Source: Paragordius varius (lineage: Eukaryota > Animalia > Nematomorpha). Taken from it: a stretch of 64,000 nt of DNA. Below are positions 63,001 through 64,000 of the stretch, piece by piece. Location of the stretch: positions 12,772,001 to 12,836,000 of the forward strand of contig OZ176054.1 of NCBI GenBank assembly GCA_964247055.1, read 5' to 3'. Both the position numbers and the translations under genes were made by a program. Each line of letters opens with the position of its first letter. Position 1 is the first letter of the stretch. The notes below the pieces were generated by a model that was not told where the DNA came from, did not search any database, and worked only from the letters and a program-made list of their open reading frames with translations.

Positions 63001-64000
63001 AAATTATATTGACTCATCTATATTAAGCCGATTATATTTGATATCGAGTTAGTTATTTAAAATTTGGGATAGCAAAATTTGACAAAACTGTCAATTTAAC
63101 ATATAATTGCCGGGATAAAAATAAATATTTTTGAAAAATTAATTTTTGGAACGCTTTAATTACGATTTATGCTTATAAATAATTCTAAACAACTCTACAA
63201 GTTCATGTTGAACATAATTTATATATATATATATATATATAATAACCACGGACCAAAATCGAAACTAGTATTCTAATCGGTTGACTAAAGCCCGAATATT
63301 CTGTAATATTCTTTAAAATTTACAAACCTATAAAGATAGATTTGTGTAAACAAATTATGTAAAATATTTGCTATTTAAACCTTGGATTCAAAAAATGTGA
63401 AATGAAACGATAACCGTTTGAACAGAAGACAATGGTACCGGAAACAAATTTTTTGGGGAAAACTTATTTTATAGGAAAAGATTTTTTTACAATAAAAATC
63501 GTTGTAATAAAAGTGTAGAATGTAACAAAAATACAAATCGTAAAATTTGAAAGATATTTATTCGTTTTTTATACGCTTTATATGATATTTTTGTGAGTAA
63601 ACATATTTGCATGTTATCAAATAAAACAAATAAAATTTTGAGTAACTAATGGATATGTTATTTACATTTTAAAAAATATAAAAATAAGACTATGCAAATC
63701 TCACTAAAAACTATATCATACATGCAATATATATTTAAAATTTGCATATGTAACAGTAGGGTACCAAAAAAAGGCTGAGACCCATAACATGATATAAATC
63801 CATATCCTCTATTCCATATTTCGTAACCCAAATGAAGATGGCAGTAATAAAAATTAAAGTCTTTTTGTAATAAAAAATATTATTTATTAAAACAATATTG
63901 GTTTATCCTAAATGGTTAGAAGAAATTCAATAAAATATAGAGAAGTTTTGGAACTCAAAATCACAATGATATCTAAAAAGTGAAAGCGTGATCAATCACA

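Overview
This is AT-rich (roughly 75%, estimated by eye) eukaryotic DNA from an invertebrate animal, with GT-AG introns and heavy transposon load. It is not prokaryotic, and the species cannot be determined from the sequence. Intact host genes: a 16-exon RacGAP1/CYK-4 gene (minus, 32514-39462) and a 2-exon DM-domain (Dmrt) gene (plus, 48797-51601). Pseudogenes: a GH35 beta-galactosidase (GLB1-like) and a DUF229 gene. The standout element is a full-length R2-superfamily non-LTR retrotransposon with an intact ~1265-aa ORF, inserted in the branch-point-recognition region of a U2 snRNA gene (Utopia-type). Its 5' UTR holds an antisense copy of the U2 5' end, four GCGCGAA motifs and a splice-acceptor-like site 2 nt before the ATG. 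A ~9.1-kb inversion (about 30795-39917) carrying RacGAP1 can be reconstructed because it splits both GLB1 (mid-exon) and an RTE LINE reciprocally. Also present: 26-30-nt introns, a hAT (Blackjack-like) element with an 8-bp TSD and an internal inverted transposase copy, non-autonomous Helitrons (one as a tandem array), Penelope-like repeats with hammerhead-like motifs, and several MITE families. All alignments and translations were done by eye; no searches were run.
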